Positions 9,653 through 19,175 of a stretch of 45,585 nucleotides of DNA are shown one piece after another. A program made the translations under genes and the position numbers. Numbering within the stretch: position 1 is the first letter of the stretch; each line of letters opens with the position of its first letter. The DNA is from a virus. The DNA lies in IMG/VR virus record IMGVR_UViG_3300037424_001778, positions 1 through 45,585 of that record. One strand, written 5' to 3'. Under the pieces are notes generated by a model. It did no database searches, was not told where the DNA came from, and saw nothing but the letters and a program-made list of their open reading frames with translations.

Positions 9653-10975
9653 ATGGCTACTCTAGACGGCAAACAACTCAAGAATGGTACAGTCACTTCG
9701 GCTAAGGTCGACAGCACTGTACTTACCACCGATGGCGCTCGTGCACTTAGCTCGGGCGTAATCACAGTCAGCGGCACTGGCGACATCATCCTACCCACGA
9801 CCCCCCTTACGGCGACTTCGGCCGTAAACAAGACGTATGTTGACGCAGTTGCGTCAGGTCTAGACCCCAAGGCTTCAGTATCGGCAGTAACGGCCGCAGC
9901 TCTTCCTGCGTACACGCGTGTTGGCAACGTCATCACGGCAGATGCAGCCGGCGCTCTCCCTGCAATCGACGGCGTTACCCTCGACGTCACCAACAAGAAG
10001 CGCTTGCTCTTGAAGAACGGCGCAGCCGGAGCTGACAACGGTATCTACGAAGTAACCACGCTTGGAGATGGCGGAACAGCCTTCGTCCTTACCCGTGCTC
10101 CCGACGCCAATAGCGACGCCGAAGTTACGTCGGGTATGTACACCTTCGCAGTTGAAGGTACCGCGAACGGCCTCAAGGGCTGGGTCCTTGTAACTCCTGA
10201 CCCCATCACCCTCAACACAACCTCACTCAGCTTCAGCCAGCTTTCACAAGCTGCTGCGGCCGCATGGGGTAGCATCACAGGGACTCTCTCGAACCAGACT
10301 GACCTACAGACTGCCCTCGACGGTAAGGTCGACGAGAACGCAGCCATCACCGCTGGCACCAATACCAAAATCACCTACGACGCAAAGGGCCTCGTCACTG
10401 CCGGCAGCGCTGCAACAACCGCAGACATCGCCGACAGCACCAACGCTCGGTACGTCACTGACGCACAGCTCGTTGTAATCGGTAACACCAGCGGCACGAA
10501 CAGCGGCGATGTAACGGTTGGAACCACCACAACCGCACAAGCCAACGGTGCTAGCATCTCGAGCCAGGTTCTTCACCTGAGCGTCGCTGATGCAACCAAC
10601 CCCGGTCTCATGGTCGCAGCCGACTTCAGCAAGCTCGCTGCAATCACTGGTACCAACACAGGCGACCAGGCACTTGCCACGGGCATGCGCCACCTCACCG
10701 CGTCTGTGACCACCACGGACTTCGACCAGGCAATGACGACCACCGTCAGCGCAACCAACACACACGGTGGCGAAGTTGCAGTATTCGTCAACGGCATGAA
10801 GCAGTGGGTCGGCTCCGGCAACAAGACCAGCGATTGCTACTTCTCTGGCGACGCCGGAACCACCGCACGCACCTTCGCGGCGATTGCATCTGGTGACACT
10901 CTACACTGGGTTGGCAGCGTTGCTGGGTATCAACTCGCGGCCTCCGATGTGGTTGACGTAATGTTCATGCCATAA
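9653..10975 (+). CDS. Tail fibre-like protein
   Basis: NKTYVD..IDGVTL..RLLLKN..NGIY..LTRAPD fibre domain plus shared modules. Confidence 0.85.
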   Translation: MATLDGKQLKNGTVTSAKVDSTVLTTDGARALSSGVITVSGTGDIILPTTPLTATSAVNKTYVDAVASGLDPKASVSAVTAAALPAYTRVGNVITADAAGALPAIDGVTLDVTNKKRLLLKNGAAGADNGIYEVTTLGDGGTAFVLTRAPDANSDAEVTSGMYTFAVEGTANGLKGWVLVTPDPITLNTTSLSFSQLSQAAAAAWGSITGTLSNQTDLQTALDGKVDENAAITAGTNTKITYDAKGLVTAGSAATTADIADSTNARYVTDAQLVVIGNTSGTNSGDVTVGTTTTAQANGASISSQVLHLSVADATNPGLMVAADFSKLAAITGTNTGDQALATGMRHLTASVTTTDFDQAMTTTVSATNTHGGEVAVFVNGMKQWVGSGNKTSDCYFSGDAGTTARTFAAIASGDTLHWVGSVAGYQLAASDVVDVMFMP

Positions 10976-11104
10976 TGTGGTAAGCTGGTAATGGTTGCAG
11001 ACTAACGGTTTGCAACCCAACACGCGCGTGGCGCCTCGGCATCCAACAAACGGTGTCGGGCCAATCTTCAAAGGTTGGGCGTGCTTTACAGACTGGGGCA
11101 ATGA

Positions 11105-12979
11105 ATGAAATCAGACTTGAAACAGCTTGGTCCGTCTGGCGCAACCCACGGCAGTGTTCCCATCTACGATGGACACACTGGCAAGTGGGGCTTTCGAACA
11201 TCCGCCCTAGGCTTTGCTGACGAAGTTATGATTAGGATGGGCACCTCCACCGCTGTTGGAGACATGGACCCAACTACCCGCTTGCTGGAGCTGGTCACTG
11301 GCAACGGCGCGGCTATCCCCTTTTTTATTGACGTCTACGGTACAGTAACCACCGGCAGCGGCTATTTCTACGGGCCAGGGTGGGGTGGCGGTGGCGTACT
11401 CGCTCTACTAGCCGGAACGGCAGACACAAGCCTAACTACGGCCGGAGGTAGTTCTCAACGGTTGATGTTGGGCCCTACCGGCGCTCGGCTCTACGGCGGA
11501 CTCGGGGCTGGCGCCTCAGACGTTTGTGTTAGGGCCGGTTCGAGTGTTGCTGCAGCATCGGTGCACGCCACAGCCAAGTTATTCAGTGTGCGGGCCGGAC
11601 TCGACGCGACGGAAACTGAGTACTTCAGCATCAACAAAACCGCAGCTACCTTCGCTGGAACCGTAGCAGCCTCTAACCTGTCTGGCTCAAATACAGGCGA
11701 CCAAGACCTATCCGGCTTGGTGGTTAAGAATGCGGCCATCACCGCAGGTACCAACACCAAAATCACCTACGATGCAAAGGGCCTCGTAACTGCAGGTGCC
11801 GCAGCTACAACCGCAGACATTGCTGACTCGACCAACGCTAGGTATTGCACCGACGCACAAAAGACAGTCATCGGCAATACTTCTGGAACCAACTCGGGTG
11901 ACGTAACGGTTGGAACCACAACTACAGCTCAGGCCAATGGCGCTAGTATTTCAAGTCAGGTACTGCACCTCAGCCTCGCCGACGCGTCTAACCCAGGTAT
12001 TATGACTGCGGCCGGGTTTACTAACCTCGGAAACCAGTCTGGAACCAACTCGGGTGACGTGACGCTCGGTGCGTTTGGTTCGACGCCTAACGCCAACGGT
12101 GCTTCACTCAGCACACAGGCCATAACCCTACAGCCTGCCGATGGTACTTACCCAGGTGGGGTCAGTACCGCAGCTCAGACCTTTGCCGGAACCAAGACCT
12201 TCTCTAATATTATATCCCCGACCATTTACAACACGAACGGGACCGGCGCCTCTGATATTTGTGTCAAGATCGGAAGCTCGGTAGCGGACGGCTCAGTCAA
12301 TGCAACAGCCAAGCTATTTAGCGTTCGGACCGGCATCGGCGGGACTGAAGTAGAGAAGCTGTCAGTCGATAAGTTAGGGCTTTCTATCGGCTCCCTACGG
12401 CTCCAGCCGTCGAGCACAGGCGTCACCCCAGGACCGACCATCTGGACAGAAGGAACGGTCATCCATTTTGCGACTTACTGCGAAATCTCGACCGGTCTAA
12501 ACCTTCAGTGCGACACTATCTATACTCATACCTCCACTGGTCTCAATTTATTCGGCCAGAACGGCACTGGAGCCTCGGACCTTTGTCTTAAGGTCGGCAC
12601 TACCACAGCAGACGCTTCGGTCAATGCCACAGCCAAGCTGCTCAGCCTTCGGACCGGTGTCGGTGGGACTGAGGTAGAGAAGGCGGCTATATCTTCAGCC
12701 GGCCGCATCGACCAATCAGGCACCGACTCTTCTGGTACCCCCGGTGCAGCCACAATCAACAAGCCCACAGGCGTTTCTGCAATCGCTTCGGGCCAAACCA
12801 CATGCCAAATCAATAACTCCCTCACCACTGCTACTAGCCGCGTCACAATCACTTGGTATAGTGACCATGGTGCTACCAGGTCTTGGGTGGCCCGTGCCGC
12901 TGGCTCGTTCACTGTCACTCTTTCTTCGGCCGCTACCGCCGACACGTCGTTTGGCTGGGAAGTCTCCGCAATCCTATAA
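11105..12979 (+). CDS. Modular tail fibre-like protein
   Basis: Three GASDxCx[KR]xG repeats, ITYDAKGLVT and FGSTPNANG modules, DHGATRSW C-terminus. Confidence 0.8.
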   Translation: MKSDLKQLGPSGATHGSVPIYDGHTGKWGFRTSALGFADEVMIRMGTSTAVGDMDPTTRLLELVTGNGAAIPFFIDVYGTVTTGSGYFYGPGWGGGGVLALLAGTADTSLTTAGGSSQRLMLGPTGARLYGGLGAGASDVCVRAGSSVAAASVHATAKLFSVRAGLDATETEYFSINKTAATFAGTVAASNLSGSNTGDQDLSGLVVKNAAITAGTNTKITYDAKGLVTAGAAATTADIADSTNARYCTDAQKTVIGNTSGTNSGDVTVGTTTTAQANGASISSQVLHLSLADASNPGIMTAAGFTNLGNQSGTNSGDVTLGAFGSTPNANGASLSTQAITLQPADGTYPGGVSTAAQTFAGTKTFSNIISPTIYNTNGTGASDICVKIGSSVADGSVNATAKLFSVRTGIGGTEVEKLSVDKLGLSIGSLRLQPSSTGVTPGPTIWTEGTVIHFATYCEISTGLNLQCDTIYTHTSTGLNLFGQNGTGASDLCLKVGTTTADASVNATAKLLSLRTGVGGTEVEKAAISSAGRIDQSGTDSSGTPGAATINKPTGVSAIASGQTTCQINNSLTTATSRVTITWYSDHGATRSWVARAAGSFTVTLSSAATADTSFGWEVSAIL

Positions 12980-12990
12980 GGTACTAAATT

Positions 12991-13197
12991 ATGCCATCAC
13001 AACTACTCGCTACCATGATTGCAACAGCCACCTCCAAGCAGGACCTACGCTCCAAAATTGGCGATGCAATCAATTTATTCCAGTCGTACGCAGCCAAGCT
13101 AGACGTCCTAATCACTAGCGCACCGGCCGCTTACGCCGAAAGCGACCCAGACTTCGACAAGTTCCTAGAGTTACTCCCGTTGCCAAAGGTAGAATAA
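12991..13197 (+). CDS. Small hypothetical protein (possible fibre chaperone)
   Basis: TAAGG RBS; tightly packed between fibre genes. Confidence 0.65.
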   Translation: MPSQLLATMIATATSKQDLRSKIGDAINLFQSYAAKLDVLITSAPAAYAESDPDFDKFLELLPLPKVE

Positions 13198-13198
13198 T

Positions 13199-14131
13199 AT
13201 GGCTAATCGTAACGTCGAAACGTCTAACGGCGAAATCTTCGCTCCAGGTGCGGCTCCAGGCACGCCCACAGAAGGTCAAGTATATTATGACTCGACCGAG
13301 CATCTCCTCAAGTTCCGAACAGATGTTGGTTGGGTCGCTGCTGGTGGTGGATCTGGCGGTACCACGATGGGCTCATTTGGGTCAACCCCAAATGCCAACG
13401 GTGGGACAATTACGGCGGGCGTACTGTATCTACAGCCAGCCGCAGGCACCTACCCTTCCGGCCCATGGTATCCGGGCGGGGTGTCCGCCGGCAACCAGAT
13501 AATGCCGTATGGCACTAAAACGTTTCAAGCATTGGTCTCCGAAAGCGTCAGCTCCCCAGTGCTCTTGAATACCGCTGGGCTGGGCGACGGCGGGCGCGTA
13601 TCGATTTACACAAACTTAGGCTCGGGCGCAAGCGACATATGTGTGAGGGCAGGCTCTTCAGGGACCGATGCTGAGTGCGATGCCGCAGCTAAGCTATTCT
13701 CTGTAAGAACAAACATCACCGGGACCACGGAGGTCGAATACCTCTCTGTCACCAAGACTGCTTGCAATGTAATATCATCGGCTTGGGTAGCAGATGCCGA
13801 CTACGTCCACAATTCCACTGAGATTCGTACTGATGGCATGATTGCCAGATATGGGCGCGACAGCTCAAGCGACCCCGCCATTCAAAGCGAATACGCTCCG
13901 GTAGGCATAAACGCTATCGCATCAGGAGGTACGACGACGACAATAACTACATCCTTCGCTACAACTAGTTCGCATATACTTATTACTTGGCTAGGCGACC
14001 ACGGCGCAGCGCGTAGTTGGGTTACGAGGGCAGCCGGCTCGTTTACGGTTAACCTTTCATCTGCAGCCTCAGGCAATACTGGTTTCAGTTGGATGGTGAC
14101 CTCACTCCTAGCCCCATGGATTAGCAGCTAA
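13199..14131 (+). CDS. Modular fibre-like protein
   Basis: FGSTPNANG, GASDIC and GDHGAARSW modules. Confidence 0.75.
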   Translation: MANRNVETSNGEIFAPGAAPGTPTEGQVYYDSTEHLLKFRTDVGWVAAGGGSGGTTMGSFGSTPNANGGTITAGVLYLQPAAGTYPSGPWYPGGVSAGNQIMPYGTKTFQALVSESVSSPVLLNTAGLGDGGRVSIYTNLGSGASDICVRAGSSGTDAECDAAAKLFSVRTNITGTTEVEYLSVTKTACNVISSAWVADADYVHNSTEIRTDGMIARYGRDSSSDPAIQSEYAPVGINAIASGGTTTTITTSFATTSSHILITWLGDHGAARSWVTRAAGSFTVNLSSAASGNTGFSWMVTSLLAPWISS

Positions 14132-14167
14132 ACCATCCCGTAATCTAAGATTCAAAGGAAAACAATA

Positions 14168-15244
14168 ATGCGACTACCACTAAAGCAACTCGGACAAGAC
14201 GGCGCAACGCAGGGTCAAGTGGTGACCTGGAACGACACAACCGGCAAATACGAGCCCGGCGACTCCAACCTAGCTGGTGGACTCTCGGTCTCTAACCGAG
14301 ATATGGTCGCCAGCATCACTACGGCCGATGGCCAGCTAGCTACAGCCACTACACTTGCGGCGACCATCACGGCATGGGTTGAAGTACAGGTCAACGGAGC
14401 TGGCGTTGAAATGGGAGACGGCGTCAAGACCAAAGCTTGTTATATGTCGGGCGACAGCGGCGCGACCGCACGAGCCTACGGCGCTTTGACTGCCGGGGAC
14501 CAGTTGTATTGGAATGGCTCGATTGCTGGGTACGAGCTGTCGGCCACTGACCGTATCGACGTCATCTATGACAACGAAGGAGCTGGCGGCAGTGGTGGTG
14601 GGGGTGGCGGCGTAGACACGATGGGCGCCTTTGGCTCGACTCCAAACGCAAACGGCGGTTCTATTGCTGGAACGACTCTAACGCTACAGCCAGCCGACGC
14701 AACGAACCCTGGTGGAGTAACGACCGGGGCCCAAACCTTCGCCGGCGTCAAGACCTTCAGCGCAGGTATCGCCCTCAACAGCCAGGCAATAACTGGAGTG
14801 GCGGCTGGTGTTAGCGCTACCGACGCAGCAAACGTAAGTCAACTGCTCGGCTCGTCAGGGTCATTTGTTTCGGAAGTGACCGTATCGGACGCCACCTCTA
14901 GATTGACAGACGCAGCTCTTGCTGGATTGAACCCATCTAGGGTAGTTTTTACCACGCTATTAACCACAGACGTCACCCTGGACGACGACGCGATTACAGG
15001 GCCTGTAATCGAAGTCAGCTACGCGAATGGATATGAAGTACATATCCAAAGCTCCCTCGGTCCGAGCTATACAGGCAACCTAACCATCTATAGCGATGAC
15101 GACACGACGCACTTTTCTGGTGTCGTATTGACCACCGCTTCGATAGTAATTAAGCCTGGCGACCATCTACATTTGATGGCTAACTACGAAGCCCCCTCTC
15201 CTGCTAGATGTTTGTGGCGAGAAGTCTACCGGGTGATAGCCTAA
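14168..15244 (+). CDS. Modular fibre-like protein
   Basis: KQLGQDGA, CYMSGD and FGSTPNANG modules. Confidence 0.75.
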   Translation: MRLPLKQLGQDGATQGQVVTWNDTTGKYEPGDSNLAGGLSVSNRDMVASITTADGQLATATTLAATITAWVEVQVNGAGVEMGDGVKTKACYMSGDSGATARAYGALTAGDQLYWNGSIAGYELSATDRIDVIYDNEGAGGSGGGGGGVDTMGAFGSTPNANGGSIAGTTLTLQPADATNPGGVTTGAQTFAGVKTFSAGIALNSQAITGVAAGVSATDAANVSQLLGSSGSFVSEVTVSDATSRLTDAALAGLNPSRVVFTTLLTTDVTLDDDAITGPVIEVSYANGYEVHIQSSLGPSYTGNLTIYSDDDTTHFSGVVLTTASIVIKPGDHLHLMANYEAPSPARCLWREVYRVIA

Positions 15245-15444
15245 CCCTTAAGCGCCTGCTCCAGCTTCAGGCACATCGTACGCATAGACCGTCGAGCAAG
15301 TTCGTATCGCTCGACGAGGGCTACGTGTACCTCACGCTCGCGGATGAGGATTGACCGCAGTGCTAGGATTTCATCCCATGCGTCGTCGATATCGTCGGGC
15401 AGAGGCGAGTTCGGGGCTCCTGGGTGGATTTCCACGGGACTCAT
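15241..15444 (-). CDS. Hypothetical protein
   Basis: ATGA-coupled in minus-strand operon. Confidence 0.6.
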   Translation of the reverse strand: MSPVEIHPGAPNSPLPDDIDDAWDEILALRSILIREREVHVALVERYELARRSMRTMCLKLEQALKG

Positions 15445-15659
15445 AGGTCTCGGACCCACTGCACTTCGTGGAATTGGAATAGTACGCGGTTGTCGTCCGA
15501 GTACATATTATCCCAATCCAAAATACGCACCTCGACCCAGCCATGGACAAAATCCGAGATACGGCCCTTCCGGCTGTGAAAGGAACTGTCCGGGTTAATT
15601 ATCTTCACTGTGTCGTTCAGTGCTAGCATATCTTCCTCTAGGTCGCCAATCGGCGTCAT
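15441..15659 (-). CDS. Small KOW/SH3-like protein
   Basis: NDTVKIINPDSSFHSRKGRI. Confidence 0.55.
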   Translation of the reverse strand: MTPIGDLEEDMLALNDTVKIINPDSSFHSRKGRISDFVHGWVEVRILDWDNMYSDDNRVLFQFHEVQWVRDL

Positions 15660-16000
15660 TGCCAGTCCATTTCGCTAAACAGTTTCACGAGCAACAGTAT
15701 TACCGTCCCTGTAATGGCCAACGGGCGCCCGAAACCAATCCAGCACGTAACGGATACGGCCATCGCCATCCACAACACGCTATTCGGGCGCAGCGTTTCG
15801 TACGCAAGTCGGTGAGTCGAAGTCGTCCTGCGAGAGTCGTCCGTTCTGCTGCCTATCCCGAATCGTCCATACCCTCCTCTATTTAGGCTGCCCATCCAGA
15901 GCCAGCATCCAGTATTCGGTTCTGGCGTTATCTTAGTCCAGAACCGTCGTGGAAGCCGTGGGCCGTCTAGCCCCACTTTGGCTGACAGACCCTTTTTCAC
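15656..16000 (-). pseudogene. Truncated HNH endonuclease fused to a hydrophobic tail
   Basis: RFWTKI..GCWLWMG..GYGRF..THRLAYE, then no HNH catalytic core. Confidence 0.7.
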
Positions 16001-16656
16001 GGCTTCGGGGCCTTCACACGGTCATCGGTGCCGAGCCCGAACTTCTCGAAGGTATACAAAGTGAAGCAATGCCACGCAACCGAAATAAGTGGGTGTGTTC
16101 CAGCGGTGGGGTCTTGTGGCTCGCCGGGCGGATTCTGGGGGGTTTCTTTCTCCCCTTCACGCCAATCCTCCAGGTGTCGCATCGAAGCGCTGATGGAATA
16201 GCTCCACGGGTAGCCCTTCATCCAGTTTTGCTCGTCTGGTCCTCCCAACGTGCCATCAGGCTTAGGGTACTTGGAGTTGCCTTTACCGAAGAGGACAGCC
16301 AGCGCGCGCAAGGGCCATGTAGGAATCAGAGCGTATTGGGCTGGCTTGGTGCCCTTCGCGCCTCCCGTCTTCGACACGGCTCGGACTTCACCAGAAGACA
16401 GAGCTACCGGCGTACCGACCTTCACGCAAACGTCAGAAGCCCCGGTCCCGTTTGTGGTGCCTTCGCACGTAGAACGTGTCGGGTCGTCGGCGACGGGCTG
16501 GATATCGTACTTGGAGCGCCCTTGGGCGGATGCCAATAGTCTCTTGGACTCCTCGACGGAGGTGGGGCACCCATCGGGGCATGGTCGTGATATTTCGCGA
16601 CCATAGGCGCCATCAAACGCGCAGTCTTCACACGCAATGGAAAATTTATCGGTCAT
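15997..16656 (-). CDS. DUF5664-type dATP/dGTP diphosphohydrolase domain protein
   Basis: GGAKGTK..YALIP..GNSKY..NWMKG.PWS..ASMRHLEDWREGE..HPLISVAWH. Confidence 0.8.
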   Translation of the reverse strand: MTDKFSIACEDCAFDGAYGREISRPCPDGCPTSVEESKRLLASAQGRSKYDIQPVADDPTRSTCEGTTNGTGASDVCVKVGTPVALSSGEVRAVSKTGGAKGTKPAQYALIPTWPLRALAVLFGKGNSKYPKPDGTLGGPDEQNWMKGYPWSYSISASMRHLEDWREGEKETPQNPPGEPQDPTAGTHPLISVAWHCFTLYTFEKFGLGTDDRVKAPKP

Positions 16657-16880
16657 GGTGCAACCCCTTCGTCCCACTCGTATGTGTCTGGTCCATCTTC
16701 TCCGGCCTTGGTTTCGGCTACCCACTGCTTGTAGTCCTCAGGACTTGACACAAGCTGGCGGACCACCTGGTCGAGCACCCACTGCTTATTGTGGGGTCCG
16801 TCGCATCCATAGCATTGAATAATAGCCAAGGCGGCCTCAATGCGATAGTCTAGGGTTTCGATAAGGTCTTGCTCGGTCAT
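16653..16880 (-). CDS. Phage hypothetical protein
   Basis: GCDGPHNKQWVLDQVVR..WDEGVAP; coupled operon. Confidence 0.75.
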   Translation of the reverse strand: MTEQDLIETLDYRIEAALAIIQCYGCDGPHNKQWVLDQVVRQLVSSPEDYKQWVAETKAGEDGPDTYEWDEGVAP

Positions 16881-17071
16881 CGTGTTTCCTCCAGGTCTCT
16901 AATTCGGTCATACACAGCCAAGACATCCTTCATTTCAGGAGTGTCCAAACACAGCTCGTCCTGGACGAACCGCCAAGCGAGAATCCAGCGCGGCTTGAAG
17001 CGCTTTAACGCCTCTAGCGACCTAGCGGCGTCTTCTGCGTCCATCATAGCCTTTTCGTCGGTCGTTGTCAT
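16877..17071 (-). CDS. Hypothetical protein
   Basis: AGGAG RBS; coupled. Confidence 0.65.
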   Translation of the reverse strand: MTTTDEKAMMDAEDAARSLEALKRFKPRWILAWRFVQDELCLDTPEMKDVLAVYDRIRDLEETR

Positions 17072-17079
17072 TCTTTCTC

Positions 17080-17262
17080 CTATGGCTCATCTGACGGCAA
17101 CCACGAAGTCACCCAACGTCCGTCTGGAGACTTCCGATGGGCGTACCCGTCCTGAGCCCAGAAAAGCAGCCGTATGGCGTCATCTAGGTCGCCATTGCCA
17201 GATTCCAGGAGAATGTCCAAAACCTCTTCGATGACTGCTGCGTATCGTTCTTCTCGTGTCAT
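17080..17262 (-). CDS. Hypothetical protein
   Basis: ATGA-coupled. Confidence 0.65.
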   Translation of the reverse strand: MTREERYAAVIEEVLDILLESGNGDLDDAIRLLFWAQDGYAHRKSPDGRWVTSWLPSDEP

Positions 17263-17480
17263 ACCACATCTCCCTTTTCGAGTCGAACCAGCTCTCGCTC
17301 ACACGCCATTGCCAAAGCACGCTTGGCTTTGGCTGTAGTCATTCGAAGTGCAGCGAAGTATAGCTGCTCTGGGTCTCGCCTCATCTTGGTCAGAGTGTCA
17401 AGTGCGCGTCGCCTGGTGCGTAGGTCGTTGGTGCGCCCGACCAGGTCCTGAGCCTCTTCAATCATCTGCAGAATTCTCAT
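17259..17480 (-). CDS. Hypothetical protein
   Basis: ATGA-coupled. Confidence 0.65.
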   Translation of the reverse strand: MRILQMIEEAQDLVGRTNDLRTRRRALDTLTKMRRDPEQLYFAALRMTTAKAKRALAMACERELVRLEKGDVV

Positions 17481-17782
17481 CGTACCCCATCCTTCAATGC
17501 AACGACAAGAGCTTCTTGCGCTAGCTTGAGGAACTTCTCTTCTTGCTTGAACAGGGCAGACCGAACCACCAAGCGAGCCATCTCCTGTAGCTGTCTCTTG
17601 ACCTCTCCGTCTACAATCCTGGCGACTTCTGCCTGGAAGTCGAAGGCTTCGACGGCCCGGTCAACCGCCTCCTTGATGGCCCCCTTCTGCTGGTCGAAAA
17701 ATGTGCCCATGTGGTTGATGATAGTGTGCCGCATGCTGTCGATGGTCAATCGGACTTCTGGGTACATAGCATAGTTATTCAT
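17477..17782 (-). CDS. Hypothetical helical protein
   Basis: ATGA-coupled; GAGG RBS. Confidence 0.7.
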   Translation of the reverse strand: MNNYAMYPEVRLTIDSMRHTIINHMGTFFDQQKGAIKEAVDRAVEAFDFQAEVARIVDGEVKRQLQEMARLVVRSALFKQEEKFLKLAQEALVVALKDGVR

Positions 17783-18669
17783 GGCGTCCTCATTTTGAGC
17801 ATCTTGGCTGTAGCGTTACCGATGGCCTTGCGGTTGGGCTTGGTATTCTCGACTTCACCGGCCCCTTCTCGTAACACGTCCTCCATCATGGCGTCAATGA
17901 CTTCCGGGATGTCCGCGAAGGTCAGTTCTCGACCTACTGTTCCCTTGAGCTTGTCGACTACATGGCTTAGGCGCATCTCGGTCACGAACTCGGCCGCTAC
18001 CGCTTCCGCATTGGCCAGCGCTAGGGCTTTGTCTGGGTTGAGGTTTGTATCTGCCTTGGACTTGCGCTCGCTGAAGTCGCTTCGCTTGTGCTTGGCGATG
18101 ATACGGCTACCGTTGGGGTAATCAAGCTCGATGACGGGTCGAACCACAATCCCTTCGGCCGGCTTTGGGACGTAGTCTGTGACACCGTCCCGCTGGGCGT
18201 TGATGACGCCAATCCGCGACGGGATGTCCCGCTCCGCGTTGAGGGCTTCTGGGGTGCAATCGACCAGGTTAAAGGGCACGAACTCGAGGCCGAGGCTTTC
18301 TGTCAGGCGCTTGGCGTGTTCGACCTGAAGCCATTTATCGTTGATGGCCACGTCGAAAGCGATGAAGCGAGCCTTCGTGCCATAGGTGCCAGACATGCCC
18401 TGCATCTTGCCGCCGTAGGCTTCCCCGTACACTACCACCTTGGTGGGTGGCGTATGGAAAATCTCAGCGAAGCGTCGCCCGAGGTCTGCCTGGTCGAAGA
18501 TGCTGACGAACGTTTCTCGCTTCTCCCCGCCAGAGAAGAAGTGGATGGTGTCGGACTCAAAGCGCAAATGTGCGCTAGTTCCATGCACCTTCTCCAAAGC
18601 ATACACTTGACGAAAAAACCTAAGAATGCTGGGGTCACGACTCAGGTTGTCTATGTGAAGGTATCCCAC
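17779..18669 (-). CDS. RNA ligase, Rnl2 family
   Basis: EKVHGTS (motif I), YGEAYG, AFDV, EGIVVRP, IIAKHK, FVTEMRL. Confidence 0.88.
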   Translation of the reverse strand: MGYLHIDNLSRDPSILRFFRQVYALEKVHGTSAHLRFESDTIHFFSGGEKRETFVSIFDQADLGRRFAEIFHTPPTKVVVYGEAYGGKMQGMSGTYGTKARFIAFDVAINDKWLQVEHAKRLTESLGLEFVPFNLVDCTPEALNAERDIPSRIGVINAQRDGVTDYVPKPAEGIVVRPVIELDYPNGSRIIAKHKRSDFSERKSKADTNLNPDKALALANAEAVAAEFVTEMRLSHVVDKLKGTVGRELTFADIPEVIDAMMEDVLREGAGEVENTKPNRKAIGNATAKMLKMRTP

Positions 18670-18670
18670 T

Positions 18671-19174
18671 TTATCCTACCTTGTTTGGTTGGTCGTTGAG
18701 AACTGCAAGCATTTCGTCTGCACTGCGCGCCATTCGCACCAACTCATCTGTGGGACGCCGCCACGGGCCCCTTTCTAGCATGGCCTCTAGGTGGCGCGCA
18801 AGCTTTTTGATAGAAGAGATGGACTCTTTCTTGTTGTCGTCGTCGATGATGGATTGCGAGATTTCTGGAGTGACGGGCTGTAGCCAGAACGATTCGCGGC
18901 AATACATGCTGCGAATCCGGTGCAGTCCTTCACGGTCGAAAGAGACCTCACTGCGTAGAGAGACGTCGAACGCCTGGGAAGGGGATACGGTCAAGTCGGG
19001 CAGCCAACAATCGAATCGCGTACGCTTGGGGGTAATGTACCTCACTGTGTAGAGTTGATATCCGTATATGGCCTCGGAGTACCCGCCCTGAAGTGTTCGG
19101 TCCTTGACCGCCACTACGTCTCCCGCCTTGAGGGAAGACAACCACGTTTTGTATTCCGGTTTCCAGACGTCCAT
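18671..19174 (-). CDS. Hypothetical protein
   Basis: AGGAG RBS; operon packing. Confidence 0.7.
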   Translation of the reverse strand: MDVWKPEYKTWLSSLKAGDVVAVKDRTLQGGYSEAIYGYQLYTVRYITPKRTRFDCWLPDLTVSPSQAFDVSLRSEVSFDREGLHRIRSMYCRESFWLQPVTPEISQSIIDDDNKKESISSIKKLARHLEAMLERGPWRRPTDELVRMARSADEMLAVLNDQPNKVG

Positions 19175-19175
19175 G

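Noticed and set aside
11055-11085. tRNA-Sec or opal suppressor (CTTCAAA loop)
   Set aside because: No T-arm or acceptor stem can be built around it
2106-11900. Diversity-generating retroelement TR/VR pair among fibre repeats
   Set aside because: Differences are mostly synonymous and not adenine-specific, all copies are coding, and no reverse transcriptase is seen
15997-16656. 2-aminoadenine (Z) genome pathway
   Set aside because: DUF5664 alone is insufficient; no PurZ-like gene in the window
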